From: a virus | Taxonomy: Duplodnaviria > Caudoviricetes | IMG/VR virus record: IMGVR_UViG_3300034073_002120 | Strand: one strand, 5' to 3' | Length of the DNA: 64,000 nucleotides | Shown here: positions 9,828-18,521 of the stretch, piece after piece | Layout of the letters: each line of letters opens with the position of its first letter | Numbering within the stretch: position 1 is the first letter of the stretch | Position numbers and translations under genes: made by a program | Notes under the pieces: generated by a model | What the model was told of the DNA's origin: nothing | Databases searched by the model: none | Seen by the model: only the letters and a program-made list of their open reading frames with translations

Positions 9828-10555
9828 ATCGTAACTACACCTCTTTTTTGTACTACCTTTGTAGCACATTCATTTGCATATTTTATTGCTTCTACTATAT
9901 CGGTGCAACTTAAATATTTAACAACTAAACTAGCCATAAATGTATCACCTGCACCACTTAAATCTCTAACTTCAATATCATTATTCACTGGGTAGCGAAC
10001 TTCATTATACATTGCACCACGTTCACTCATGGTTACAATTAGTTTATTTTCCCAATCTGAATAATTCTCTCCTTTACACAATTCCCATTCTACTTCATTT
10101 ATTTTGATAAAAGTATAACCTTTCATTTTTTCATTCAAAGGTTTTTTAGTATCAATAAATGATATTTTTGCACGTTTCGATATTTCTTCAATATCCGATA
10201 AAGTTAAGAATCCTTTATCATAATCTGCAACAACTACTGCATCATATGAATCAAAATCAATTTTCTTTATATCAAATGTATTTCTAACTCTATCATTAGA
10301 ATCTACACGTAATAACATTTGATTTGATTTTTCTTCAACGTATCTTGTTTTTGTGATTTGTTCGTGGTTAGAAATCAATTCCACCTTTTCAATGCCTAAT
10401 TTTCTCAAATTAGCAACTACATTTCCAGCCATACCATCGTTTGTGATTGTTTTAGATGGTTCGAACACCGGGATTGGTGCCTCTGGACTTAATCTTTGAC
10501 AACGACCATATATGAATATATCGGTACAATTATCACCTATAACTAAAATTTTCAT
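9824..10555 (-). CDS. hldA: PfkB-family heptose kinase (RfaE domain I)
   Basis: RLSPEAPIPV (HldE signature), DGMAGNV, DYDKG, KINEVE, DLSGAGDTF. Confidence 0.85.
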   Translation of the reverse strand: MKILVIGDNCTDIFIYGRCQRLSPEAPIPVFEPSKTITNDGMAGNVVANLRKLGIEKVELISNHEQITKTRYVEEKSNQMLLRVDSNDRVRNTFDIKKIDFDSYDAVVVADYDKGFLTLSDIEEISKRAKISFIDTKKPLNEKMKGYTFIKINEVEWELCKGENYSDWENKLIVTMSERGAMYNEVRYPVNNDIEVRDLSGAGDTFMASLVVKYLSCTDIVEAIKYANECATKVVQKRGVVTI

Positions 10556-10597
10556 AACTACATTCTTTATAATATTAAATATGAAAATTTATTATTT

Positions 10598-11626
10598 TTA
10601 GATTGTATCATCATCAGTTAAACTAACAAAATGATTTGAATTTTTTAATATTTGATAATATGAATTTTCTTTTTTCAATAAATGGGTTACAGCATTTAAT
10701 TTACCATATGGTCCATCATATAGTTTATATAAAAAATCATAGATGTGTCTATTTGTATATTTAGTTTTACTCAATACATCAAAATAATCTGAATATTTTA
10801 TAGTATTTGAAAATCCATCAAATAATTTGTATGCTTTGTTAGTATGACATTCACCAATATCAATTATTTGATAATTTTCATTTTCTATACCATCTATTAA
10901 AAATTTCATAGAATCTAAATAAGATTCAGTATGTATGTCTTGTAAAATTAAATCAAATCGATTTTCAAGCAAATAAGTACATATAATTATGAACTTATCA
11001 ATACCATCTAACGTCTCTTTATTTAATATTAATTTGTTATGAAAATTTTCTGAAAAAAAAGAATCTGAACGTCTCCATACATATTTTATATCAGAATCCG
11101 TAAGACCCGTATATCGTTTTAACCTATCTCGCTCAGTTTCATCTTTTAATGTTTCAGTTATATACATTATCAATATTTGTATCATCCCTGAAAAAAATCT
11201 ATCTATTGGATTTTTTATTACAAACGTTAATTTCTTTTTAGGATTTTTTAATAATTCATCAATAGAATTTACTTCTGCGTTTTCTAATACCTCTGCATAA
11301 GTTTTCCATTTTAATATAGAAACTCGTTGTTGACATTCAAATTCTATTAAATAATCAACTCCTTTTGAATTCAAAACATTATAATCTTTTATTGATTCAG
11401 ATAATAATTTAAATTTAGTATCTATTTGAGTAGAATAATCATCACCATCTGGAGTATTATCATACGGATGGCCAATTGGTGCTTTACATAATATTTCAAA
11501 AAAACGTGAACCAGTTTTTTTATAGTTTATTACTATCGTATTATCAAAAAAAGTAAAGGTAGGTTCAAATACTGACATACTTAAAGTTTCAATTCGTTTA
11601 AGTAGTGGAGTATATATGTTATTCAT
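10598..11626 (-). CDS. sulfotransferase-like protein
   Basis: YKKTGSRFF (5'-PSB-like), VIKNPIDRFFSG (3'-PB-like), DIHTESY. Confidence 0.55.
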   Translation of the reverse strand: MNNIYTPLLKRIETLSMSVFEPTFTFFDNTIVINYKKTGSRFFEILCKAPIGHPYDNTPDGDDYSTQIDTKFKLLSESIKDYNVLNSKGVDYLIEFECQQRVSILKWKTYAEVLENAEVNSIDELLKNPKKKLTFVIKNPIDRFFSGMIQILIMYITETLKDETERDRLKRYTGLTDSDIKYVWRRSDSFFSENFHNKLILNKETLDGIDKFIIICTYLLENRFDLILQDIHTESYLDSMKFLIDGIENENYQIIDIGECHTNKAYKLFDGFSNTIKYSDYFDVLSKTKYTNRHIYDFLYKLYDGPYGKLNAVTHLLKKENSYYQILKNSNHFVSLTDDDTI

Positions 11627-11939
11627 TATTTTTTATATTTAATAAATTATGAACTCTGGAACACATTTCATATTCTTCATTCTCTAAAGCCCATTCCATT
11701 ATTTTATTTAACGTATCTTCACACCCATCTCTATAAATGGAGAAATCAAATGCTTTATGAGTTCCTCTGACAAATGATTCTACTCTTAAACATTTTACTT
11801 GCAATAAATCGTTATACAATAATTCTTCACACCCTACTAACAATTCTGGCATTAATATTGATTTCCCCTTATTAGTTGCCCATTCGAAAATATCACTTTC
11901 ACCTATATAAACTGTTAGAATTTTTTTAGGTTCATCCAT
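11619..11939 (-). CDS. hypothetical protein with C-terminal UVR-like motif
   Basis: ALENEEYEMCSRVHNLL. Confidence 0.55.
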   Translation of the reverse strand: MDEPKKILTVYIGESDIFEWATNKGKSILMPELLVGCEELLYNDLLQVKCLRVESFVRGTHKAFDFSIYRDGCEDTLNKIMEWALENEEYEMCSRVHNLLNIKNNE

Positions 11940-11942
11940 ATA

Positions 11943-12830
11943 TTATTTCATTTCAAGCAATTCTTTATATGCTTCTATTTCAGGTATTAAAAAGAAATCT
12001 ATACTTTTTAATAAATTATCTACATAAAATTTATTACTAATATCCATCCACTCTTTTAAATAGCCTTTATTAGATGGTTGTGTTAATTTAGGAAATATAG
12101 ACATCGAATCTTTATCTTCCAAATCAATAATTTTAACTTTTTTAGATATTTTGTGTTCTGCTATAAAAGAACGTAAGAAAATGCACCAAGCAGATGTATG
12201 TTCATCTCGTATTAAATCAGTTCCAATATAACCAGAATATTCATTAAGAATTTCTACTACCTTTTCAATTGGTAAATCTCTAAATGATACACTTGGTGAT
12301 GTTGGTAAAACTATTTGAAAATATTTTTGTGCAATATTTTTTGAATATGAATGTGTTACTAAATTTGAAAAATATGAATCAGAAATTTCACAAAATCCTG
12401 TCAAAGTTCTTTTCAATGGGTCTCTTACAATAAAAATATATTCCCAAATTTGTTGAGTGGTTTCATTAAATAAATCTGACATTTTCTTTATACCTACGAT
12501 ATTGAAAAAATCATCGTTACTTAAAAATGAATGTGATGATACGTTAAAGTAATACTTACCAAATACTAATCTACTATCGTAATCTGGCATACTTTCACTA
12601 CTATCTGTATGATATATCAATTGAAAATCTATACTCTGTCTATCACCACTTTTAGGATGATTTTCATCTTTGATTACGCTAATATCTTCAAAGTATCTAC
12701 TACCTACTTTTTTAGTAGTAAATATTAATTTGTTTTGAAATATTGAAATGCAAAGTGTTGGAGGATTGTAACCATCTGAATTTGTCAATACTTTACGATA
12801 CTCTTCAAATTCATCATTTTTTATGTTCAT
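11943..12830 (-). CDS. sulfotransferase-like protein (paralog of 10598-11626)
   Basis: TKKVGSRYF, IVRDPLKRTLTG, DEHTSAW. Confidence 0.55.
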   Translation of the reverse strand: MNIKNDEFEEYRKVLTNSDGYNPPTLCISIFQNKLIFTTKKVGSRYFEDISVIKDENHPKSGDRQSIDFQLIYHTDSSESMPDYDSRLVFGKYYFNVSSHSFLSNDDFFNIVGIKKMSDLFNETTQQIWEYIFIVRDPLKRTLTGFCEISDSYFSNLVTHSYSKNIAQKYFQIVLPTSPSVSFRDLPIEKVVEILNEYSGYIGTDLIRDEHTSAWCIFLRSFIAEHKISKKVKIIDLEDKDSMSIFPKLTQPSNKGYLKEWMDISNKFYVDNLLKSIDFFLIPEIEAYKELLEMK

Positions 12831-12833
12831 AAT

Positions 12834-13049
12834 TTATAAATTTCTTGATTTTACCTTAAAATAGTATTCAATCATATCTTTATGTTTAATACCATTTTTT
12901 TTATAATATAAGTTGATATATGTGCGTACGGTCTTAATATGAATAGTATTACTCATAGAACGAATTACTGCAATAAGTTTTTTGTAATCGTTTCCCATTT
13001 CTTTTATAAGACCCTCAATGAGCTTTATACTAAACCCTTTCATATACAT
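12834..13049 (-). CDS. hypothetical protein
   Basis: ORF. Confidence 0.6.
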   Translation of the reverse strand: MYMKGFSIKLIEGLIKEMGNDYKKLIAVIRSMSNTIHIKTVRTYINLYYKKNGIKHKDMIEYYFKVKSRNL

Positions 13050-13062
13050 AAATATATTAAAG

Positions 13063-13554
13063 TTAAAATAAATGGTCTAAACCTTTGGTATTCTTACGTC
13101 TAAACTGAATATCCATTTCTGATTTGGTTATACCTTCTTTGACTTGTTTTTTATACCAAAAGTAAAGGTCTTCTAATGTTCCTTTACCTCTTTGACGTTC
13201 TAATGATTTTTCCCATAAATCTTTACCGAACTCCGATGCCAATTCTTTTTGTAATCTCCAAAGAATTCGATTTTCATCTGCATAAGCTTCCATTTCTAAT
13301 TTAATGGCTTTGATTCGTTTCATTCTACCCGCCTCCATAGAAGCCTCAATACGATTTTGCTCATCCGTACCCCCATAATTCTTATAAGCATTCTCACTAG
13401 CCAACTTGGCGGATTCTTTAACACTCCTAGCCTCACTAAACATATAAGAATAATCAAAGTCACCATTTCTAATTTTCAGTAATAGTGGAGCATCTGCCGG
13501 TAGAGGTTTATTAGGTCTACCTTTTGTGTACCACCTATATTTGTTATACGCCAT
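13063..13554 (-). CDS. hypothetical phage protein (163 aa)
   Basis: ORF. Confidence 0.75.
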   Translation of the reverse strand: MAYNKYRWYTKGRPNKPLPADAPLLLKIRNGDFDYSYMFSEARSVKESAKLASENAYKNYGGTDEQNRIEASMEAGRMKRIKAIKLEMEAYADENRILWRLQKELASEFGKDLWEKSLERQRGKGTLEDLYFWYKKQVKEGITKSEMDIQFRRKNTKGLDHLF

Positions 13555-13562
13555 ATACTAAG

Positions 13563-13586
13563 TAAAAATCACCCTTACGAGTGATT
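13563..13586 (-). terminator. possible intrinsic terminator
   Basis: AATCAC...GTGATT stem followed by T run, right at the stop of 13585-13851. Confidence 0.45.
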
Positions 13587-13851
13587 ATGAGTTTAATTCT
13601 TGAATTTGTTTTAACAATTCGGTTACTTCATCTTCGGATAAATAACCTTCAACATCAGATGTTACTGATGTATCATAACATAGATTATCACCTTTGATTA
13701 CTGCCAATTCATATAATCCATCTTTACCTCCATAGGAAAATTCATGCTTCACTACCGATGCACCATATCCATTTTCAAATTGGATACGAGATTGAACTCC
13801 GTTATAAAAAGAATCTAATTCTTTGAACTCTAAATCTTTGAATGTTTTCAT
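13585..13851 (-). CDS. conserved phage hypothetical protein
   Basis: NGYGASVV...GLYELAV motif, recalled from many phages. Confidence 0.7.
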   Translation of the reverse strand: MKTFKDLEFKELDSFYNGVQSRIQFENGYGASVVKHEFSYGGKDGLYELAVIKGDNLCYDTSVTSDVEGYLSEDEVTELLKQIQELNS

Positions 13852-13881
13852 TTGTGTTTTATAGTTTATGATTAAAATTTT

Positions 13882-13924
13882 GAGTGGAGTAGGGATTCGA
13901 ACCCTACACTCCTAAAGCTCCACT
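13882..13924 (-). ncRNA. tRNA-like minihelix (acceptor stem + T arm; no D or anticodon arm)
   Basis: AGTGGAG-CTTTAGGAGTG-TAGGG-TTCGAAT-CCCTA-CTCCACT-C: perfect 7-bp and 5-bp stems with a canonical T loop. Confidence 0.6.
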
Positions 13925-13927
13925 TAA

Positions 13928-14251
13928 TTACTTCACTGCAGAAGTAGTATCTGCAACTGGTGCAGTAGTTGTATCTGCTGTGATTGTAGCAGAATCAGTT
14001 GCTACTGCAGTAGAATCTGCTTTTGCTTCTGATGTTGCGTTACCACATGCTGTCATACCAACTGCAACGATTAACGCCATAGCACCTACCTTAGCTTTAC
14101 CTAAGATTGTAGATAAACGTTTTGCATTATACAATGCTCTTGTTGTGTAGAAATCACGTTTTTGCTCCGAAGTTGTTGTTGCTGCTTCGTTTAAGTTGCT
14201 TACTAATTCTGTCATTTGATAATCAACCTTTGTCTTAATAGCTTTTGCCAT
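13928..14251 (-). CDS. putative small lipoprotein with N-terminal extension
   Basis: Internal KAKVGAMALIVAVGMTA-C lipobox-like segment, then Ala/Thr/Asp-rich tail. Confidence 0.7.
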   Translation of the reverse strand: MAKAIKTKVDYQMTELVSNLNEAATTTSEQKRDFYTTRALYNAKRLSTILGKAKVGAMALIVAVGMTACGNATSEAKADSTAVATDSATITADTTTAPVADTTSAVK

Positions 14252-14344
14252 AAAATTTGTTTTTTAGTCCTCTTAATGATTAAATTAATCAAAATCCATG
14301 TGGTGGGACTTTTACCACACTTCTTTTGTATTTTTAAGTTATAT

Positions 14345-14376
14345 CAAAGATACAACATTTTTTCGAATTTACCAAA
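14345..14376 (-). promoter_or_regulatory. Bacteroidota-type promoter (canonical)
   Basis: TTTG-N20-TATCTTTG. Confidence 0.85.
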
Positions 14377-14383
14377 TTTATTT

Positions 14384-14842
14384 TTACCAGGATGAAGAAT
14401 ATTCAAAATCATCTGCTCCTTCATCTGCTAAACACTCTTCGATGATTTCAATCGTATGATTAATATCGTTAAAATACCACTCATCGTATTCAGTTCCACC
14501 AAAGAAGAACCCACTTGCTGATGGTAGTAATTCCTCAGCCTTTGAATTATCATCTCTAACCTGTTTACATAGTTCAAGTAACTCTTCTAATGATTCTCTA
14601 CTTACATAAGAACTCTGACATTCATCAATTCCATTTTGAACATTATCAACGAACCATTTGTGGATTTGGTTAGCTTTACGCCAATAACCAACTTCTTCAA
14701 CGATATATTTAATACGTTCTGGTTTGATTTTTGTATCAATCTCACCACCAGTTTTAACAATTACCTCATTTACGAATTCGGGTTTGTAAAAATCACCCTG
14801 TCTCATATAATTTTTCTTGTACAAATACATGTCTAATCCCAT
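14384..14842 (-). CDS. conserved phage hypothetical protein
   Basis: MGLDMYLY...YWRKANQIHKWFV...FFFGGTEYDEWY motif family. Confidence 0.75.
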   Translation of the reverse strand: MGLDMYLYKKNYMRQGDFYKPEFVNEVIVKTGGEIDTKIKPERIKYIVEEVGYWRKANQIHKWFVDNVQNGIDECQSSYVSRESLEELLELCKQVRDDNSKAEELLPSASGFFFGGTEYDEWYFNDINHTIEIIEECLADEGADDFEYSSSW

Positions 14843-14877
14843 AATTTTAAGTTTTAAGTGTTTTAATTATTATAAAG

Positions 14878-14909
14878 CTAATATACAACCTTTTTATGAA
14901 TTTTCCAAA
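14878..14909 (-). promoter_or_regulatory. Bacteroidota-type promoter
   Basis: TTTG-N20-TATATTAG. Confidence 0.75.
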
Positions 14910-15460
14910 TATTTTTGAAGAATTTTTACAAATTTTTCAGCCCCTAAATGGTGATTTTCTTCCCAATCATCTGGATTTCCATCATCTGAAATGAACTTAT
15001 ATGCCGTAAAATCATAACCATAAATCTTACAAACCTTTGCTAAAGCGTATGCTTCCATATCATAAACCCCATTTTTCGGGTCTTGTTGGAAATGGTCTTG
15101 CGTATGACAAACGTATCCACCAGCCCCAAAATGGATAGGTTCTTCCCCAATTTGTGGGTACATTACGTTGTCAAACGGGGTAGTTTTATGTGGTGAAAAT
15201 GGTCTACCATCCATATCTTCTTGATAAAATACCTTACACTCTACTAAAGAATGGGTTGGAACGGATTTTGAGCCGGCAGTTCCGTAGTTTAATACAATTG
15301 TAGTATCTTTATATACTTGATACGCAGGTGCAAGGATTTCGGTTGCTTTGATGGCTGCATTAATCTTACCAACACCAGTATAATACACCTCAACACCTTC
15401 AGGTATCATCTCTTTTGGGAGTTCTGCCTCTAAGGCTACAAATAACTTAATCTTCGCCAT
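14894..15460 (-). CDS. MTA/SAH nucleosidase-like (PNP_UDP_1)
   Basis: TGVGKINAA, NYGTAGS, YDMEAYALAKVC, YKFISD. Confidence 0.85.
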   Translation of the reverse strand: MAKIKLFVALEAELPKEMIPEGVEVYYTGVGKINAAIKATEILAPAYQVYKDTTIVLNYGTAGSKSVPTHSLVECKVFYQEDMDGRPFSPHKTTPFDNVMYPQIGEEPIHFGAGGYVCHTQDHFQQDPKNGVYDMEAYALAKVCKIYGYDFTAYKFISDDGNPDDWEENHHLGAEKFVKILQKYLENS

Positions 15461-15947
15461 AATATATTAAACTTTTTACATCTGTCCTATCACTAATTCC
15501 AATATCAACTAAACATAATTTATCAATCACTTTATACCCAGCCAATTCACATAGTTCCATTGCTGCATCGATTGTACCACCTGTAGCGAATACATCATCT
15601 ACAATCACTACCTTTGCACCATCGTTCTCATCATCGGTCATCTCTAATGTATCGGTGCCATATTCCAATCCATAATCTACTGAAAGGATATGTCTATTTG
15701 GTAGTTTGCCTTTCTTACGAATAATCTTAATACCACCACCGAATTTATAGGATAATGCAGATGCAAATAGGAAACCACGAGATTCTACTGCAACCCAATA
15801 ATCAGGTACTTTTACCATAGAACCCATACGTTTGATTGCCTCCTTAAATACTCTTTGGTCTTTTAATAATGGTTGAATATCTCTATATAAAATTCCTTCC
15901 TTTGGGAAATCAGGTATATCTTCAATATAATCTTTAAAATCTATCAT
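15447..15947 (-). CDS. apt: adenine phosphoribosyltransferase
   Basis: IPDFPKEGILYRDI, ESRGFLF, IRKKGKLP, LEYGTD, VIVDDVFATGGT. Confidence 0.92.
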   Translation of the reverse strand: MIDFKDYIEDIPDFPKEGILYRDIQPLLKDQRVFKEAIKRMGSMVKVPDYWVAVESRGFLFASALSYKFGGGIKIIRKKGKLPNRHILSVDYGLEYGTDTLEMTDDENDGAKVVIVDDVFATGGTIDAAMELCELAGYKVIDKLCLVDIGISDRTDVKSLIYYGED

Positions 15948-16248
15948 AGCGGATTTTGTTTAGGTGTTCATTTACTTTTTCAATAAATAAAATATCATAA
16001 ACATCTTTACCAATATCGGTAGGGTCAATATTCACTGCAGATTGTGCCCAATCTAATGCATGTTGAATATCATCCATCGAAAACACTGGTTTAGTTTGTT
16101 CTAATTGGTCATTTACAAAATTTACATAATCATCTGATTCCAACCATTCTTGATATTGGTAAGCATCATCTTCATATTGTTTTTGTAATACCTCATCCAA
16201 TTCTTGTCTGGATATATTACCTATCATCTCATTTTTTGTCTTTCCCAT
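15934..16248 (-). CDS. hypothetical protein
   Basis: ORF. Confidence 0.7.
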   Translation of the reverse strand: MGKTKNEMIGNISRQELDEVLQKQYEDDAYQYQEWLESDDYVNFVNDQLEQTKPVFSMDDIQHALDWAQSAVNIDPTDIGKDVYDILFIEKVNEHLNKIRYDRF

Positions 16249-16372
16249 TTTTAATAATTTTTAGTTGTGATTCCGTTAGAATCTTATTTGATTTAGGTGT
16301 ATCACTTGGTGATGGTATTTTATAGTTTTTTACCAAATTTTCAAGCCAACCTTCATTTACTGGTTTACTCAT
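16229..16372 (-). CDS. small hypothetical protein (47 aa)
   Basis: Manual translation MSKPVNEGWLENLVKNYK...; fills the gap. Confidence 0.5.
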   Translation of the reverse strand: MSKPVNEGWLENLVKNYKIPSPSDTPKSNKILTESQLKIIKNGKDKK

Positions 16373-16375
16373 ATA

Positions 16376-16579
16376 TTACTTTTGATTTTCTAAATATTGA
16401 ATTCTTGCATCAGCTTCATCTCTTTTTGATTCATACATTACTCTAACAATCTTACCGAGCACCGAATCGGATGTTTCATTTTCAATAATGTTTGCTGGAA
16501 TTGTTATTGATTTTTTTGATTCGATTGCTAATTCAATCATTTGTTTTCGGTATATTTTTGATTCATCAGTTGTTTTCAT
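16376..16579 (-). CDS. hypothetical protein
   Basis: ORF. Confidence 0.65.
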   Translation of the reverse strand: MKTTDESKIYRKQMIELAIESKKSITIPANIIENETSDSVLGKIVRVMYESKRDEADARIQYLENQK

Positions 16580-16847
16580 CTGCTATATTAAAATTGTTAA
16601 TGTATATATCTCTTAGGATATTTAATCTTTCTTGCATCTTCTCATCGTAAGTAGAAACTCCATTTTTCCAAAGTGAGTAAATGAAATCAAAATCGGAAAG
16701 AGTTACTATTTGATTGAATTCAATAATGAATTGAGAATCATCAATACCTCTACATTTCCAATACCATTCCATAAACTTAATAAAGAATTTTTTATGGTCA
16801 TTCTGAAATGTGAATGAGTGTGCGAAATTTATTGTTTGTGGGTTCAT
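16566..16847 (-). CDS. hypothetical protein
   Basis: ORF. Confidence 0.65.
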   Translation of the reverse strand: MNPQTINFAHSFTFQNDHKKFFIKFMEWYWKCRGIDDSQFIIEFNQIVTLSDFDFIYSLWKNGVSTYDEKMQERLNILRDIYINNFNIADENN

Positions 16848-16866
16848 ATTTACTTAGGTTAAAGAG

Positions 16867-16887
16867 TGTGGGGAGAAACTCCCCACA
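16867..16887 (-). terminator. GC-rich hairpin after the AAA gene (terminator or stabiliser)
   Basis: TGTGGGGAG-N3-CTCCCCACA perfect 9-bp stem. Confidence 0.6.
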
Positions 16888-16911
16888 TTCAGTTGTAATA
16901 ATTGATTAACC

Positions 16912-18126
16912 CTAAAACTGTGGAATTTCATCCACATTATCGTCTTGATTTACCTCATTGAAAAGAGGTTTACCAGTTTCATCTTTTTGATACTTTTGAA
17001 CTAATTGTTTCACATAAGTTCGTTCAGAATCCACACCACCATCAGGAGAGAAGAATGGGAAGATTGAAATCTCAGCGGCTTCAAACAAATCGAAACCATC
17101 GTAAATCAAACCAGCCATTTCAACACTAGCACGTGTCGAAACCATCGCGGATAATTTACCATTCTCGCTCATCGATTGAGTTCTGGTGTGATGTGCAATT
17201 TCAGCGATTGCTTTCAAATCAGCATCATCAACTTCTGGGAACATAAACTTTAACAATCCATATTCTTGTTCGTCTGTCAACACATCCATTTCGATTGTTA
17301 CGAAACGGTCTAAGATAGCTCGGTCAATCACACGAGTTGATGTATATTCAGAACCAACGTTGGCAGTTGCGATGAACGTTACGCCTTCGGCAACATTCAC
17401 AATCGGTGAATTCTCAGCCTCATCCAAACGTAAGTAACGTTGGCCTTGGTCTAACACCGTCATTAAGATATTCCAAGCATCAGGGTGAGCACGGCTCAAC
17501 TCATCTAATAAGATTACTGCGTTTGGAGTCTTAATCGCTTTAACGAACGCAGATTCAGAGAAGAACGTACCCTTCTTTTGGTCAAAGTGAGTATTACCGA
17601 TTAAGGTTGCTCGTGGGTCTTGAGTAGCACCTAAGTTGAAGTAGAAATCAGGTCTATTTAATGCTTTAACCAACGCCTTCGCTGCCATAGTTTTACCACA
17701 ACCAGCAGGACCAGTCATCATAATATTCTTAGCACGAACTGCCGAACGGATTAAGTATTTCCACTTAAGGTCAGTCATAACCATCTCACGTGGTTTAAGA
17801 TTTACCGAACTTTTGTGGATGAAATCTTTAACAGCAGAATGGTCTTGTGATTCTTCTGATTGAACCCCACCATTTTGAGTATTCATAGGAACGACCAAAT
17901 TATTATACACATCCATAGCAACCTTGCGGTAAGTTTTTTTACCACTTTTATCTACATACGCTTGAACCGCCTTACCTTCTTCGAAGGCTTGTTTGCGTGT
18001 TAATGAAGTACCTAATGTACCAACCTTGTTTCCGTTGGTGTCTATCATCTTAAATGTAGAACCGAACTTTTCAACCTTGTAAACCTCGTTGGAAACCAAA
18101 CCAACCTTAATTTCAGAATTTCTCAT
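16912..18126 (-). CDS. MoxR/CobS/CbbQ-type AAA+ ATPase
   Basis: Walker A GPAGCGKT, Walker B ILLDELSR, ATANVG, DRAILDRF; start refined. Confidence 0.9.
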   Translation of the reverse strand: MRNSEIKVGLVSNEVYKVEKFGSTFKMIDTNGNKVGTLGTSLTRKQAFEEGKAVQAYVDKSGKKTYRKVAMDVYNNLVVPMNTQNGGVQSEESQDHSAVKDFIHKSSVNLKPREMVMTDLKWKYLIRSAVRAKNIMMTGPAGCGKTMAAKALVKALNRPDFYFNLGATQDPRATLIGNTHFDQKKGTFFSESAFVKAIKTPNAVILLDELSRAHPDAWNILMTVLDQGQRYLRLDEAENSPIVNVAEGVTFIATANVGSEYTSTRVIDRAILDRFVTIEMDVLTDEQEYGLLKFMFPEVDDADLKAIAEIAHHTRTQSMSENGKLSAMVSTRASVEMAGLIYDGFDLFEAAEISIFPFFSPDGGVDSERTYVKQLVQKYQKDETGKPLFNEVNQDDNVDEIPQF

Positions 18127-18164
18127 AATGTTTTTATGTTTTAGTATTATCAATTATTACTTAG

Positions 18165-18196
18165 CTAATCTAGGAAATTTAATCCACATTTCCAAA
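18165..18196 (-). promoter_or_regulatory. Bacteroidota-type promoter
   Basis: TTTG-N20-TAGATTAG. Confidence 0.75.
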
Positions 18197-18200
18197 TATT

Positions 18201-18398
18201 TTACCCATTATTTTTTAATAAATTTACATAATGTTTTTCGGCCTTTAAAAAGGTAGTTCTACCAACCAGCCCGTTTGCGTAGGCAACGGAATTGGCCATA
18301 ATACACTCAATAATACCGGTCTTATTCATAACACCACCATAAATGATGTTAATAAAGTGAATGTAATCGTTAAGTTTTTTTGGGAATTTCATATTCAT
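18201..18398 (-). CDS. hypothetical protein (65 aa)
   Basis: ORF with its own promoter and A-rich leader. Confidence 0.65.
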   Translation of the reverse strand: MNMKFPKKLNDYIHFINIIYGGVMNKTGIIECIMANSVAYANGLVGRTTFLKAEKHYVNLLKNNG

Positions 18399-18435
18399 AT
18401 TTTTTAAGTTTTAACTATCTCTTAATCTTATAAAG

Positions 18436-18467
18436 CTAAACTACTAAATAATGCTCACATTTCCAAA
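18436..18467 (-). promoter_or_regulatory. Bacteroidota-type promoter
   Basis: TTTG-N20-TAGTTTAG. Confidence 0.7.
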
Positions 18468-18489
18468 TATTTTATCACTTTTTTTCAAT

Positions 18490-18516
18490 AAAAAAGCCAT
18501 TGATTTTCAATGGCTT
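18490..18516 (-). terminator. intrinsic terminator after the vWA gene
   Basis: AAGCCATTGA-AAA-TCAATGGCTT followed by T run. Confidence 0.7.
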
Positions 18517-18521
18517 ATGAT

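Noticed and set aside
13882-13924. Calling this a tRNA gene
   Set aside because: No D arm or anticodon arm; the upstream sequence is coding. Reported as tRNA-like only.
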